A stretch of DNA of 64,000 nucleotides, from positions 2,716,603 to 2,780,602 of the forward strand of contig NW_003314262.1 of NCBI RefSeq assembly GCF_000143415.4, in the 5' to 3' direction. Below are positions 1-12,724 of this stretch, piece by piece. The first letter of the stretch is position 1. Every line of letters begins with the position of its first letter. Both the position numbers and the translations under genes were made by a program. The stretch comes from Selaginella moellendorffii (taxonomy: Eukaryota; Plantae; Lycopodiophyta). The notes under the pieces were generated by a model. That model worked only from the letters and a program-made list of their open reading frames with translations. It had not been told where the DNA came from and searched no databases.

Positions 1-10
1 GTGGTCAGAC

Positions 11-2113
11 ATGGACAAGGGCTGCAAGGAACGCGAGACCACTCCATCGCTACTCGAGCTAGCTGCCAACAATGATCTGGAAACTTTCAGGAGGGTTGTG
101 GAGGAGGGGGGTATGGATTTAGACGAGCCCGATAGCTGGTACTTGAGGAAAATTGGGAGCACCAAGATGGCCACCGAGAAGAGGAGCCCGTTGATGATTG
201 CGGCCTTGTATGGGAGCATCGACGTTCTGAGCTACATTCTCAAGTCAGGCAAGGTTGATGTCAATAAGTTCTGTGGCGAGGACGAAGTCACTGCTCTTCA
301 CTGTGCTGCCGCTGGTGGTTCTTCTCGTGGTGTAGATGCTGTGAAGCTGTTGCTCTCGGGTGGTGCCAACAGTAGCTTGATGGATGCATACGGTCGTCGG
401 CCAGCACAGGTGATAGCGGTGCCACTCAAGCTGCGGTCTACGAAGTCTGAATTGGAGAAGATGCTGTCCGCAACTGGTACGGCGAGGCACAGCCTTGATA
501 CCGATTGCAAGGGAGCTCATCAGAGTAACGGGGGTGGCGCTTTCTCCTCATCAAAGCTGGACGACGACTCCTTCGCAGATACGAGAGAAGGTTTCGTTTC
601 AATGTCGTCCATGTCTTCGGTTTGCTCGTCTCCGGACTCGTACTCTCCAGTTTTCTCGCCCCAGTTCCCTTCGTCACCCAAGTCTGCGGAGAATCCAAGT
701 GATGAGAAGACGAAGGACTATCCAGTCGACCCGTCACTGCCGGACATCAAGAACAGCATCTACACCACGGATGAGTTCCGGATGTTCTCCTTCAAAGTCC
801 GGCCGTGTTCCAGAGCCTACTCGCACGACTGGACAGAGTGCCCGTTTGTTCATCCTGGCGAGAACGCCCGACGAAGAGATCCGCGACGGTTCCACTACAG
901 CTGCGTGCCATGCCCAGATTTCCGGAAGGGTGCGTGTCGACGGGGCGATACGTGCGAGTACGCGCATGGAGTTTTTGAGTGCTGGCTCCATCCAGCGCAG
1001 TATAGGACGCGGCTTTGCAAAGATGGTACCAGCTGCAGCAGGAGAGTGTGCTTCTTTGCGCACACCTCGGAGGAGATGAGACCGCTGTTCGTCTCGATGG
1101 GATCGGCAGTGCCGTCGCCGAGAGCCTCGTCGCCACTGGATGCCGGCTCCGTCAGCCCGCCACTCTCTTCAACGTCCCAGTCTCCAGTTATCATGGTGCC
1201 ACCTTTCTCTCCATCGAATGCTTCCGGGAGCGGACTTAGTACTCCTCCACTGTCACCGTCCGGCGGAGGTTCCTGGTCGCAGCCCACGGTCCCGACGCTT
1301 CATCTTCCCGGAGGTGCCGGACTCCAAGCTAGCCGGCTAAGAGCGGCTCTCAGTGCCCGAGACATCCCGGTGGAGGGGGCCGACTACGACGGGCATCTGG
1401 CACCTGAGCTATCTTCGATGTCTCGGCAGAGCTCACTGCTGAGCTCCAGTGCCCGCATGCACAAGTTTGGCAACTTGGGTCTGAGCATTCCCTCCACCAG
1501 CTTACAGGACTTGTTCTCGGCGGAGGTGTCGCCTTTGTCAGCCGTGCACCAGTCGCAGCTCACGCCGCAGGAGCACTCGCTTCTCTCCCAGCAGCTGCAT
1601 TCTCAGCTCCAGCTCCAGCAGCTCCTCTCCCCGCTGTCAACGATGTCACAGCTCCAGAGTCACGTTAGTCCGCAGTTCCAGAGCCCGGTGCAATCGATCT
1701 TCAGTGCGGGGTCGCCGTGCTCCATGGCTCGAAGATGTTCAGACGGGACTGATCTAAGCACCTCCACGGCCGCGGAGGTGTTGGCAGCGGGACGCAAAGC
1801 CTCCGCGTTTGCACAGCGGGATAGAGGGAGCTGGAGTATGAAGGAGGTGTCTGGATCGTCGCTACCATCGGCTTCGTGGTCCGACTGGGGGTCTCCCACT
1901 GGAAAGCCAGACTGGGGGATACAAGGACAGGACTTGGGCAAGTTCCGGAAGTCGGCCTCGTTTGCTACTCACGGTGGACCGGAGCCGGATCTCTCGTGGG
2001 TGCAAACTCTGGTGAAGGACGGTCCTGTGGAGACGACGTCGTCCTCTTCCACGGACGAGTTCTATGCTTCCTGGCCGAAAACCGAGCAGCAGCAGCAGCA
2101 GCAGCAGCAATAG
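11..2113 (+). CDS. Ankyrin-repeat tandem CCCH zinc-finger protein (RR-TZF, OXS2/SZF/C3H30-like)
   Basis: 700-aa ORF with ankyrin repeats ([22 protein letters not shown]), the RR motif [42 protein letters not shown], two CCCH fingers ([19 protein letters not shown]; [16 protein letters not shown]), and family C-terminal motifs [14 protein letters not shown] and [12 protein letters not shown]. Confidence 0.95.
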   Translation: MDKGCKERETTPSLLELAANNDLETFRRVVEEGGMDLDEPDSWYLRKIGSTKMATEKRSPLMIAALYGSIDVLSYILKSGKVDVNKFCGEDEVTALHCAAAGGSSRGVDAVKLLLSGGANSSLMDAYGRRPAQVIAVPLKLRSTKSELEKMLSATGTARHSLDTDCKGAHQSNGGGAFSSSKLDDDSFADTREGFVSMSSMSSVCSSPDSYSPVFSPQFPSSPKSAENPSDEKTKDYPVDPSLPDIKNSIYTTDEFRMFSFKVRPCSRAYSHDWTECPFVHPGENARRRDPRRFHYSCVPCPDFRKGACRRGDTCEYAHGVFECWLHPAQYRTRLCKDGTSCSRRVCFFAHTSEEMRPLFVSMGSAVPSPRASSPLDAGSVSPPLSSTSQSPVIMVPPFSPSNASGSGLSTPPLSPSGGGSWSQPTVPTLHLPGGAGLQASRLRAALSARDIPVEGADYDGHLAPELSSMSRQSSLLSSSARMHKFGNLGLSIPSTSLQDLFSAEVSPLSAVHQSQLTPQEHSLLSQQLHSQLQLQQLLSPLSTMSQLQSHVSPQFQSPVQSIFSAGSPCSMARRCSDGTDLSTSTAAEVLAAGRKASAFAQRDRGSWSMKEVSGSSLPSASWSDWGSPTGKPDWGIQGQDLGKFRKSASFATHGGPEPDLSWVQTLVKDGPVETTSSSSTDEFYASWPKTEQQQQQQQQ
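2087..2110 (+). repeat. (CAG)7CAA microsatellite encoding a C-terminal polyQ
   Basis: Seen directly just before the TAG stop. Confidence 0.9.
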
Positions 2114-2737
2114 ACGAAGGTATGGCGAGAAATTTTTTTCTTCCATTTTGAGTTTTCGTAGTTTGGTTGGCTCCGAGGAGGGAGTGTCAGTGTCCGATGC
2201 GATGGTCGATCGAAAACTCGATCGATCGTCGCGGAGGAGTTGGAACAGGGAAGGATCCGGCAGGGGAAGATTTTCTTGACAGATTTGTTCTTGGATCGAT
2301 GAGAGAGCGCTCCGAGAAGATCTTTTATCGAGGACTTGGTTGTACAGGTAACAACACCCAACAACGTATACTACTCATCTCTTTATTCTATAGAGAAGAG
2401 CGGCATCTTCTTCTTCTTCTTCGATTTTATCTAATGACTGCAAACGTGGATCACGTCGTCGACAAGAATTTGCCTGGGACAATTTTTTGGTTGGATTTAT
2501 TTTTTCTCCTTTTTATTTTTCAATTTCATTTGGTTAAAAGACAATGTAGTTAACACTTTGGATTCATTGTGAATTAGATCTTTGGATTTGTAAAGATTTG
2601 GCAGATCACACAATAAAATTGTAAGCTTCATTGCGCAAGATCTTTGCTTATAACAGAGGAGTTTGCGCATTTAATCGCCGCTAGATTGAGAGCATCGGAC
2701 GGCCTCGCGAGCATTACTCTCTCCCTCAGTGCACCAA

Positions 2738-2753
2738 TTTAGGGTTAGGGTTT
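2738..2753 (+). promoter_or_regulatory. Telo-box (TTTAGGGTTAGGGTTT) upstream of the CID3/4 gene
   Basis: Reverse complement of the AAACCCTA telo-box. Similar motifs lie near other gene starts (about 18394, 22138, 30644-30740). Confidence 0.55.
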
Positions 2754-3012
2754 GAGCTGATCGATGGTACGAGAGCTCTGATCGAGCGCGCTAGCGTGTG
2801 AGCAGCGGGCTAGGGGTTCCAGCGTAAGTTCTCTCCGCGGCTTGGAAATGCGGCGCCTTTGCTTGATGCATTGATCCAGCATTCTCTAGAATCTGAGGCC
2901 TTGGCGCGCTAGATTTTGGCTCTCCCCGGTATTCCGATATGCATGCAGCTTGATTTCCAGGGGCGCTGGGGCTGAATCGGTGCGCGGCGCGGCACAGGGT
3001 TTGCAGCGAGGG

Positions 3013-5848
3013 ATGAATCACCCGCGATCGTTTGGGAGCAACGGGGTCGGACGTCGCAGCCCGGCACATCGATCGGATGCCCCGAATTGGAGGTCTGGTG
3101 CCGGAGCTCCTCCGGTGCGCTCCTCTTCTGGCTTACANNNNNNNNNNNNNNNNNNNNNNNNNNNNNNNNNNNNNNNNNNNNNNNNNNNNNNNNNNNNNNN
3201 NNNNNNNNNNNNNNNNNNNNNNNNNNNNNNNNNNNNNCGAAGATGAGGAGCTGAGGGGTGGAGCTCACGACGTCCATGGCCGTCTCCTCTATCTCACGAT
3301 GTGCTTAGTTGGGCAGTTCGTCGAGGTCCAGCTCAAGGATGGCTCGGTCTTTTCGGGGATTTTTCACACTGCGAATATGGATAAAGATTTCGGTATGCTG
3401 TTTTCTGTTTCTTTCGCGATTCTATCGTAGCTGACGCTCTGTGGGTTTTCGCTTTTTTTCCAGGAGTGGTTCTTAAGATGGCCAGGCTCACAAAGGAAGC
3501 CGGCGGGAAATCTGGAAAGGGTGACGCTGTGAAGCAGGCTGCACGGAAACCACCGACGAAATCGCTTATCATTTACGCAAAAGATCTAGTGCAGATCGAT
3601 GCTAAGGTGCCTCGCATTCATTTTTCTCTATTTTATATGTTCCTGTGACTGATATCTCTGCCTTTTATTCAGGATGTTTCTCTCACCGGGGAATACCTTC
3701 CGAATGGTCGTTCTCGCGAAAATAAGAACGAGCTTCTGACTGATTCATTTATCTCCCAAAACCGACGCGACACGGAGAGGGAATTGAAGCCTTGGAAGCC
3801 TGACAGCGAAGCTCCGAGAAATCTGGGACTGGACACTACCTTCCAGAACTCTTGGAACAGGTTAGTTAATGGCGAGTTTCGATTTTACTGAAGGCATTGT
3901 TTGTTTTCTCAGAAATTGGGATCAGTTCGAAACAAACAAAGCCTTGTTCGGAGTTGAAACCACATTTGACGAGGAGTTGTATACAACAAAGCTGGAGAAG
4001 GGTCCTCAAACGAGGGAACGAGAAAGAGAGGCCTCCAGGCTAGCGAGAGAAATCGAGGGTGATTCAACGAGGAACAATCACTTGGCTGAGGTCTGTAATT
4101 CATCACACTGTCTACTTTGCTAACTGTGTAGACTATCAGGATCGTGGCGTCTCGGACGCCGAGCTGGATACTCTTGATGAAGAAAGTAGGTTCTCTTCGG
4201 TCTTGAGATCGCATACCGAGGGTGATGGAGAAGATGATCACCACAAGGCCGCAAACAGCTGGAATGAAGAAACTTTTGGTAGCGTCTCTGGATCGACTGA
4301 AAGCAATGTCAGTACGCCTACGGCAGTGGAGCGGCCTCTGCAGGTGCATTTGTATTTTAAGTCGGGATTTTGTGTTTTGATGGAATTTCGTTTCCAGGAT
4401 TCGTCTCAGCAGGTTCCAGCAACATCGTCACCACGGTCATCTGCATCAGCTAGTGATGCTGGTCTTCAGGCACTAAATCTAAATACCAGCGTTTCTGAAG
4501 AAGTGTTGAGGTTTGCAATCTTTTTGTGACACTAGTTTTCTTGTTACAATCGTCTTTGGACAGGGACTTCCGCGACTTCAAGGAAACTACGAAGAAAGNN
4601 NNNNNNNNNNNNNNNNNNNNNNNNNNNNNNNNNNNNNNNNNNNNNNNNNNNNNNNNNNNNNNNNNNNNNNNNNNNNNNNNNNNNNNNNNNNNNNNNNNCT
4701 CAGCTCGGGCACGAACTCCGTTTCATCTTCTCGGCCACGTAGTCCGATCAAGCCAGCTGCACCGAAAGCGTCCGAGTCTCCCTCGCCAGAAATCGAAGCA
4801 GACAGGCCATCCACACCGGCTGCTCCAGCATCTGCTGCCAACAATTCTGCTACGGGCAACAAGAAGTCGTTGTTAAATCCGAACGCAAAGGTGTGTAGCT
4901 TGTGATTGTTTTCACATTCTTGACGCTTTCGGAAGCAGGAGTTTAAGCTAAATCCGAATGCAAAGGTGTTCACGCCGAGCTTTCCCCCAGCAAGGCCGGC
5001 TTCTCCAATCAATCCGAGTCCAATCTACGTGCCCGCGGGAGTTCCGGTTGCCCCGATGCAAGGAATGCCCGTGTACATGCAGCAGCCCGGACAACCGGCT
5101 CAATATACGCAGTACAATAACACCATGGCTGCGACTGGTGTCACGACTTCGCCTTACATTCAACCTTCTGCGACTTTCATTCCAGGTCCTGCTGGTCCTC
5201 CGATTAAGTTGCCTCCACAAACACAAGCACAGGTGATCCCAGTTGTCCCAAAGATTGACAGGAAGTTCTTAGTTGTGATTTCTTACAGGTTGGTGCAAGT
5301 CCCTACGGACAGCAACAGGCAATACGCTATATGCCTCCAACGATGCAACCTACACCCGCTTATCCTCATCCAAACGTACGCGCCCTTTTCTTTAGTTTTT
5401 CTCTTTGTCTTCTTTGGTCTTAGTTCTCTCGTGTTTTGTGTTTTGCAGCAGTATCCACAGCAAGTCATCTATGGACAACCTCCCCTCGTTTACATCCACC
5501 AATATCCTCAGGTATTCTATTTGACTGTGTAATGGAAGGGAAACGAGCAATGTTTCATTTATGTTGTTTTACCAGGCTATGATGCAAGGACAACCGCTGC
5601 AGATGCAGCAAGGACCGCTTGGACCTCCTTCGCAACTCTCGCAGCCTCAGAGTATGTCTCTCTGGTCCGATTCCTCTGGAAGTTCTCTCGATTGCTCAAG
5701 TTTGATTCTAGCAGGAGGTGAAGGATTGCATTCCAACGTTTTGGTAGGACAATCTCCTCCTCTCCAGTCTCCACTCCACAGCCCAGTTCCTCGATCGCAA
5801 GCGGTGCCAGTGTCGGTAGCAAGCTCCAGCGGTGCTTGGACTGGTTAA
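3013..5848 (+). CDS. CID4: Ataxin-2-like poly(A)-binding-protein-interacting protein (CID3/CID4 family), multi-exon, two N-gaps inside
   Basis: SM-ATX/Lsm domain [29 protein letters not shown], Lsm[29 protein letters not shown], and tandem PAM2 motifs [21 protein letters not shown] split by an intron. Short GT-AG introns; the last exons are approximate. Confidence 0.88.
3138..3237. other. Assembly gap (100 N)
   Basis: Run of N. Confidence 1.
4599..4698. other. Assembly gap (100 N)
   Basis: Run of N. Confidence 1.
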
Positions 5849-6033
5849 ACGGGAAGTGACGATGAAGAAATAGTGAGAGAGGGAGAGCGAGACGCGAGAG
5901 AGAAAAGTGTGTGAGAGCTAACATGAGAAGGAGAGTTTTTGATCGGTTTTGCTGAGAGCAGTGTAATTAAATCGTGGAAACTAATACTAACTTTGGTAGG
6001 CTTAGTGTAAGAAATCTTTGTCTCATTGTTTTG

Positions 6034-7718
6034 TCACCTTTTTAACAGATTATTCGTGTAGCTAGTTGATGTTCCAAGCAAGCACGTCCAGTCTAAAACA
6101 TCGGGCACGAAAGGCATGGCTTCCATTAGCTCCAGGGACTTTGCGAAATTGAAAGTCCGGCATAGCACTCCAATGATGCATGAGAAGTGGAGCTTCAAAG
6201 GTGTTAGGCTGTAATCACTTGTGAGAGACGCGAGGCAAGATCTGGCACGATTTACGTCGCCAAGATTAACGCACGCGGCTAAGTAGGACGTGAAGCATGC
6301 CTCGTCCGGAAGATGCCCCTCGAAAACCAAGAGGTTAAATGCGTAGAAGGCATCGTCCGGGCTGCCGTTGTTAGAATATGCTGCCAGCATGGCTGTCCAG
6401 GATACCAGATCCTTTCTGGGCATCCCGGCAAAAATGCCGAAAGCATCTCGCAAATGCCCAAATGAGGCATATGCTGTCAAGACAAGATTCCAGGACACAA
6501 GATCCTTTATAGGCATTCTAGAAAACAGATTTCCAATATGAACAACGGAGCCTTGTGAGTAATAAGCTTCTAGCAAGACATTCCATGTCACTAGATTGTG
6601 TTGAGGTGTTGTCTCAAAGAGAAAGTTGGCAACGTTGATATGCCCAGCCTGGGCATATCTGCTGATCATAGTCGTCCACGTCACTATGTCCCTCTGCGGC
6701 ATGGTATCAAACAGATGTTTTGATTTTTCTAACAAATCAAAAGATAATATTACATTGCAAACCACTATGTTGAAGCATGGGATCTGAGACATCAGATGCC
6801 TAGCTTCGAGAACATTGCCATCTTGAGAGTATGCCGACATGAGGGTTGTCCATGATGCAAAATCTCTATAGGCCATGCTGTTAAAAATTTCCCTGGCTTT
6901 AAGAAGATTGTTGTTTTGGACATAAGCACACAACATTGCATTTGATGCAACAGAGTCATGAACAGGCATCTGATCAAACAACACCTTGGCATTGTCAATG
7001 TCTCCAAGATGGGCGTAGAGATTTATCATGGTTGTAAACGACATCAAGCTTTGCTGCGGTAAGGAGCTGAAGACTTCTTTCGCAAGTTCTACATGCCCGT
7101 GGAGAGAATATAGAGAGAGCAGGGAATTCAGCGAGACCAAGTTGTGCTGTGGCATGGTATCAAAAGCACGCTTGCTTTTGTGAAGCTCTCCAGCACCGGA
7201 ATACACCTTAAGCATCGTGTTCCATGACACAATGTCCCGCTTTTCCATTTTCTGAAACATTTGTTCGGCACAAACAAAATGCCCCATTTGGGCAAGTGCT
7301 AAAAGAACTGCATTTCTTGCAAATAAATCTTGCAGAGGAACATCTTGAATCATATTTTGAACTTCGGTAAATTTCAAGAATTGTGCCAATGCAGACAACA
7401 TTGTAGCCCAACACACAGCATCCCATTCTGGCATTGCATCAAACATTTTTTTTGCTAAACTAATTTGCCCAGAAGAAGCATATGTAAATACCATAGTAGT
7501 CCACGAAATTACATCGTGTGCAGGCATGGAATTGAACATTTCAACTGTCTCCTTTGTGCTTTCCTTGTGAGAATATGCATTTAACATGATGTTCCAGCAG
7601 ATTAAATCCCTCAATGGCATGCTATCGAAGATTAATCTTGCATATTCAAGATCCCCAGCATGAATATATTTTTTTAGCATAATTGTCCAGGAAATTACAT
7701 CTTTTTTACCTTCAACAT
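6034..7718 (-). CDS. PLS-class pentatricopeptide-repeat protein made of tandem 31-aa S/SS motifs, partial E domain, no DYW; 5' end runs into the gap
   Basis: About 14 repeats with a 31-aa period (FDSMPLRDLICWNIMLNAYSHKESTKETVEM-type) and a terminal PDEACF...HFSCIIGVL...MPFVPDVLDWTCLLG. The frame stays open upstream of M7680 (KDVISWTI-MLKKY) up to the N run. Confidence 0.9.
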
Positions 7719-7916
7719 NNNNNNNNNNNNNNNNNNNNNNNNNNNNNNNNNNNNNNNNNNNNNNNNNNNNNNNNNNNNNNNNNNNNNNNNNNNNNNNNNN
7801 NNNNNNNNNNNNNNNNNNNNNNNNNNNNNNNNNNNNNNNNNNNNNNNNNNNNNNNNNNNNNNNNNNNNNNNNNNNNNNNNNNNNNNNNNNNNNNNNNNNN
7901 NNNNNNNNNNNNNNNN
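7719..7916. other. Assembly gap (198 N)
   Basis: Run of N. Confidence 1.
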
Positions 7917-7972
7917 TCTCCTCTTTTTTCTCCTTTCCTGCAGCTTATTCAGTGATCATGAACAGATTATGA

Positions 7973-9052
7973 ATGGGACGGCGCAAGCTCCCGATCGAAT
8001 TCATCAAGAATGACAAGTCGCGCCGGGAGACATTCAAGAAAAGGCTCAAGGGATTGAAAGGCAAAGCGGAGCAGCTCGCCACCCTCTGCAATGCCGAGGT
8101 GGGCGTAATCGTCATCTGCGATGGCAAGGTCCAGGAGGCCGGCTTCAGCGGCACTGCATCACCCTCAGCCGGAAGCGGCAGTGCTGCAGTGGATTTCAAG
8201 ACCATCATCAGCAAATACGCCATGTATTTCTATCACGCCTACCACACCATGGCACTCCAGAGGATCTTGCATCCAGACCCTGGCAACAATCCTGCCCAAG
8301 TTGCAAATGGTGGCGGCGGCGGCGGCGGCGGTGGCCAACTTTTGGATCTCAACATGCCCGGAGGAAGCTTGTATCCCCCATGCAAGGTACCAATTGGTAT
8401 GGCGATGGGAATGAGTGGTGGTGGTGGTGGTGGTAGCATGGAAACCATGGCTGGTTTCAATCACTTTGGGATGCCCACCACCATGTTTCCACTCCCGCTG
8501 GATCACAAGTTGCCAGTGACAAATGCCGAGCATGATCACCACGCTCCCGACGATTCCACGTCCGACTCGAGCAAATCATCCATCGCTACTACAACCGGCG
8601 CGCAAGAGCCACACAATCTCATGGATTCCAAGCCCGAGAATCACCGCTCCAGGAGCCACAACTTCGAGATCGACCAGCTTGGCTCCCACTACCCGGCTTT
8701 TCATCCTGACTTTAACGTCAGCTGTGGATTCCCAGGTGGTGGGAGTTACCAGGAGATGAATCCCACAGCACCAAACTTTGATCACAGCTTTGTCAATGCG
8801 ATGATCACCTCCAGCGCCGCCGGCGGAGCCGCCACCACCACCACCACCACCGCCGGCAACAGTGGAGGAGATGGCAGCTCTCGCGGAGCAGCTATCAACA
8901 GCCTCTTCTTCGATGGAGCATTCCATTTCAACACACTGGATGACATGGATTTTGACAAGCATTGGGCCGATGATCCAGTTAACCCAGCTGCCGCAAGTAA
9001 TCAGTCTTCCAACACTACCACCATCGCCACCGCCACCGCCACTCCCGAGTAA
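7973..9052 (+). CDS. Type I MADS-box transcription factor (intronless, no K domain, low-complexity C-terminus)
   Basis: N-terminal MGRRKLPIEFIKNDKSRRETFKKRLKGLKGKAEQLATLCNAEVGVIV is a MADS domain; poly-G and poly-T tracts follow. Confidence 0.88.
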   Translation: MGRRKLPIEFIKNDKSRRETFKKRLKGLKGKAEQLATLCNAEVGVIVICDGKVQEAGFSGTASPSAGSGSAAVDFKTIISKYAMYFYHAYHTMALQRILHPDPGNNPAQVANGGGGGGGGGQLLDLNMPGGSLYPPCKVPIGMAMGMSGGGGGGSMETMAGFNHFGMPTTMFPLPLDHKLPVTNAEHDHHAPDDSTSDSSKSSIATTTGAQEPHNLMDSKPENHRSRSHNFEIDQLGSHYPAFHPDFNVSCGFPGGGSYQEMNPTAPNFDHSFVNAMITSSAAGGAATTTTTTAGNSGGDGSSRGAAINSLFFDGAFHFNTLDDMDFDKHWADDPVNPAAASNQSSNTTTIATATATPE

Positions 9053-9183
9053 ATCTCTGTTCCTCACTTTCTTTCGAGAGTCCTGTCTCTTTGTTGTTGT
9101 TGTTTGTCACTGAATTTCCATCACCACCATTTCCATCTTTGAATTCTTGTCGAAGGAGAAAAAGGAGATGAAAGCTCACTTTC

Positions 9184-12100
9184 TTACGATGTGGTAGGCC
9201 TCGGCCTCAAAATGCGGTGCATGTACTCCAGGATCTCGGGTGTAATCCTTCGGATCAAGTTTTGGTACCTGCGACACGTCGTGTGAGCGAGGATCTGAAG
9301 TTCTTTTCTTGGTGACGTACCCAGGGAGAGTGCAGAGCTGACTGTGCTGTTCTAGAATGAAGAGGACGCATGTGTGGCGCAACGAGACGGCGTGGAAGGC
9401 TTCGCCGAGCTCAAAAACGTTGGCAACGTTCTCGACGGTCAAGTCCTGAGAAAGCAAAGCTGCATTGAGTTTCTCCTCTGGAAATCAGCAGCATTACCTG
9501 GGCGATTGATTCCTCGCACTTTTGTTTCAGGTTCTCCAACAAGTACTGGTCGGCAGCTCGAAGAAGATCCTGGGCGATGTCGGAGCCAATTTCCGCCTGT
9601 CCCTCGTAAATGAACCTGAGGAAATGTGAGTAGTAACGAGGATGCCTGTGCTCAAAGGCTGACGTACCTCATCATCATCTCAAACACCTTCCAGCTTATG
9701 TTGGGAATTTCAATATCCTTGGCCTCCTTTTCCTATAGGAAGTTTATTACAAGGAAATGAGAGAAATGCAAAAGCGCATACCTTGTAGCCACCATCAAAC
9801 ATCGCTCTGAAAGCGTCAGACGATGCTAATAGTGCTATCCTATGGGCATAAAAGCGCCTTCCTGAAACATACAGTTGCGTTAGTCTAGGCAAATCGAAGG
9901 TTTATCCAACCTTCAACGAGGAATGTAACGTCCGATAACGTGCTATTGTTCACATATTTTCCACCAAGATATACCTGAGACAAAAGCCATGCTCAATAGT
10001 TAGCCTACAAGAGCTTAAACGCACACCTGTGGAGTTTCCGGCGCGGGGGCACTATCGACTGGAGAAAGCCCCGTTGCCTTCTTGGCGAGGGTAGTCAGTG
10101 CCAGAGCTCCGTCGCGTTGCTGCTTGGGACTAGAAAAACTCCCCAACATCTCTAGAAGGATGTTCATTCCTGCAGCATAGAAAAGCTGAGCCACAATTCG
10201 AACAGTGATTACGTTACCGTTATTTTCATGAAAGATTAATCTTTGGTCTTCCGGAGTGCAAAGATGTGCTAAGGTCAAGGCCACTCTCTTTTGAACTAGT
10301 TTATCAGGCTGACGCATCAGGTACAACAAATGCTTCAACACCTATGGAAATCAGAACCACGATGAGAAAACAAAATGTATAAAATCAGCACATACTCTTC
10401 CATGAAGCTTTTCTTCGAGTCTTTTGAGAGTCTTCGCCACACATTCTTTTGATGCCTACAACGGATCAATCTTTAGAAAAAAAAAAAAGGAAAAGAAAGA
10501 ACAGTTTCGATCCTTACCTGTACAATAAGCTCACCGTCTTGTAGACTTTGCACACCACCTTCTTTCACAATATCAGAAACGTTATCCTGGCACAACACAA
10601 GAGAGGCAAAGAACATGGTACATCATAATCTTACACAGAAAACTCACCTCGTTATCTGCCAGACCATACAACGCAAAAGCAGCATTGTGCTGCAATGATC
10701 CGTTCTTAGAATCAAGCAGATCTAGTAACGGTCTTAAACCACCATCATGCACAATTCCTGCTTGATTGTGTGTATTCTGTATCATCGTAGAAATGAATCA
10801 GTGTAATGAACTCAACAATCAGATCAAAGCGTTGAAAAGCACCTGTGCAAGACGTCCAAGAGCGAAGCCAGCCATCTCCCTAAGTTGGGGGTCAGCAGCC
10901 TCGAGCATCCTTATCAAAGGTCGCACAGCCCCCCGTTGCACTATGTGCACCTGATAAACATTTCAATCAGCGAACGATACAGCAATAGCTCCCAACTTAC
11001 TTTACAGTCAGGATCAGCTGTAGCAAATTGGCCTAGTAGTAGCGCGGCCTCACGCTGGCTTTCTTGGCACCTTGAACTGCTTCAAAAGATCACACGAGAG
11101 CTGTTGATGCACTAAAGTACTCAGATTTCCTTGCATACCTCAAAAGCCCAATTACCGGTTGCAAGGCTCCAGCGGCAAGCACCTCCTTTTTAATATTTGA
11201 AGATGAGTGAACAAGGTTCCCGATGACGCCAACCTGCGAAGCGAAGGCTTGAGTTCACACGGAATAATTTGTAGAAACCGACCGCTTCATAATGGATCCC
11301 TACGTCCTCAGACCGCAGCATAAAAATTAGAGTTGGTAACGCATTGTATTCGACAATCTGCGACAGCAGATACTAAGATGGACTGAATTCTTATAACAGT
11401 ATTTTACCTGGTTTTTGTTAGCTTCGTTTTTGAAAGCCAGCGTCCGCAAAGCACCAGCCACCGCCCGCTGCACTTTCGGATCGTTTGATTCTAAAAGCTC
11501 TACCAAGGGTGGTATGCCACCTTCCGCCCTGCGACGGCACATCAAGCTTCTTGACACGAAAGAGATAAAGTCTTACCTCACTCTGGTTTTTATGCTTCCA
11601 TTTTCGTGCGCAAGGTTAGTGATGGCATCAGCGGCTCTCCGGACGAGACCATTCACAACCCGTGCATTCTGGCCAGTTACTCGACGTTTTAGAAGAGAAA
11701 CCAGAGAAGGCAATGCACCGGCATCGGCAATTAGCCGCTGGTGCTCCGGCTGTCCACAGAAGAAAATGTAAGGAACATAGGTGAGCATCAAAAACAAGCT
11801 AAAGAAAGAGCACCCGAACTGCAAGAAGACCCAACGCAAAAGCCGCGTCCTTCTCAACCTCATGCTCGTATGCAATCGGTCCTTCTCCTTCTTCTAAGAC
11901 TGGCGCAGATAGAAATGGAACGAGAGCTTGCACCACTCCTTTGTCGACTATAAGATCTACGTGATCCTCTGCGAGATAAGAAACCAAACAGAAAAAAATC
12001 TTGGATGAAAAAACACGAGAAAGAACATCGAGTTCTTACCGTGTTTTGCAAGCTCTGCTAGAGCATGGGCCGCCTGACGAGCTGCGAAGCGATCGTTCTC

Positions 12101-12280
12101 CCTCCACGTCGTGCTCGTATTGAGCGTCTCGAGCAAAACCTCGGCGTCGGACAAGAGTCTAGTTCCAGGACCATCTTGCGGCTCCTGAGCCAAAGACGTC
12201 TCAGCCAGCTTTCTTTTGAGACCCTTCCTTTCAAGCCCGACGACGACAGCCTTGGATTCACTAGGATCTACCGATGCCAT
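9184..12280 (-). CDS. ARIA: Armadillo-repeat + BTB/POZ protein (ARIA/ABAP1 family), many short introns
   Basis: ARM exons EHEVEKDAAFALGLLAV, RRAADAITNLAHENGSIKTRVR, VQRAVAGALRTLAFKN and LQHNAAFALYGLADNE; BTB GRRFYAHRIALLASSDAFRAMFDGGY; spliced last exon YQNLIRRITPEILEYMHRILRPRPTTS* with the stop at 9184-9186. Confidence 0.93.
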
Positions 12281-12724
12281 GGATCGCAGCGCAGCGGGCG
12301 AAAAATGCTGGCGGCCGTTCGATCCAGCTTCCTCACCGCGTCTTTTTCCTCACAAAGACCTCAGCTGCCATGCCTGCTTCTTCTAGTGCCCTAACCCCTG
12401 GAGCGAGAGATCCGAGCTCCGCCGCCGCGATTCCAGTGCCGCGCGACCTCTAGGCCGAGATTTCACGGACCTCCAAACCCGATTCCAACCGCTTTGCCGC
12501 ATCAAGCATTCCTCTCTCCGCTCTTACCCTAGACAAATAGCCGAGAATATTCCCCGCCCAGGGATTAGCCAGTAATTCAAAATTCAAATCTCAGAGCCCA
12601 CGCATCTTTCTCTGCATATACCTCCATTCAAATTTTAGAAGTAAAAATTAGGGCTCGAAATTTAGGGTTGTTGGGGAAGAAAAGGTCTGAAGAATATTCC
12701 GAAAATTGCTGGTTATAACAAATC

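Noticed and set aside
245-2553. Many antisense and alternate-frame ORFs over the zinc-finger gene
   Set aside because: Expected shadows of a GC-rich coding sequence with no recognisable motifs.
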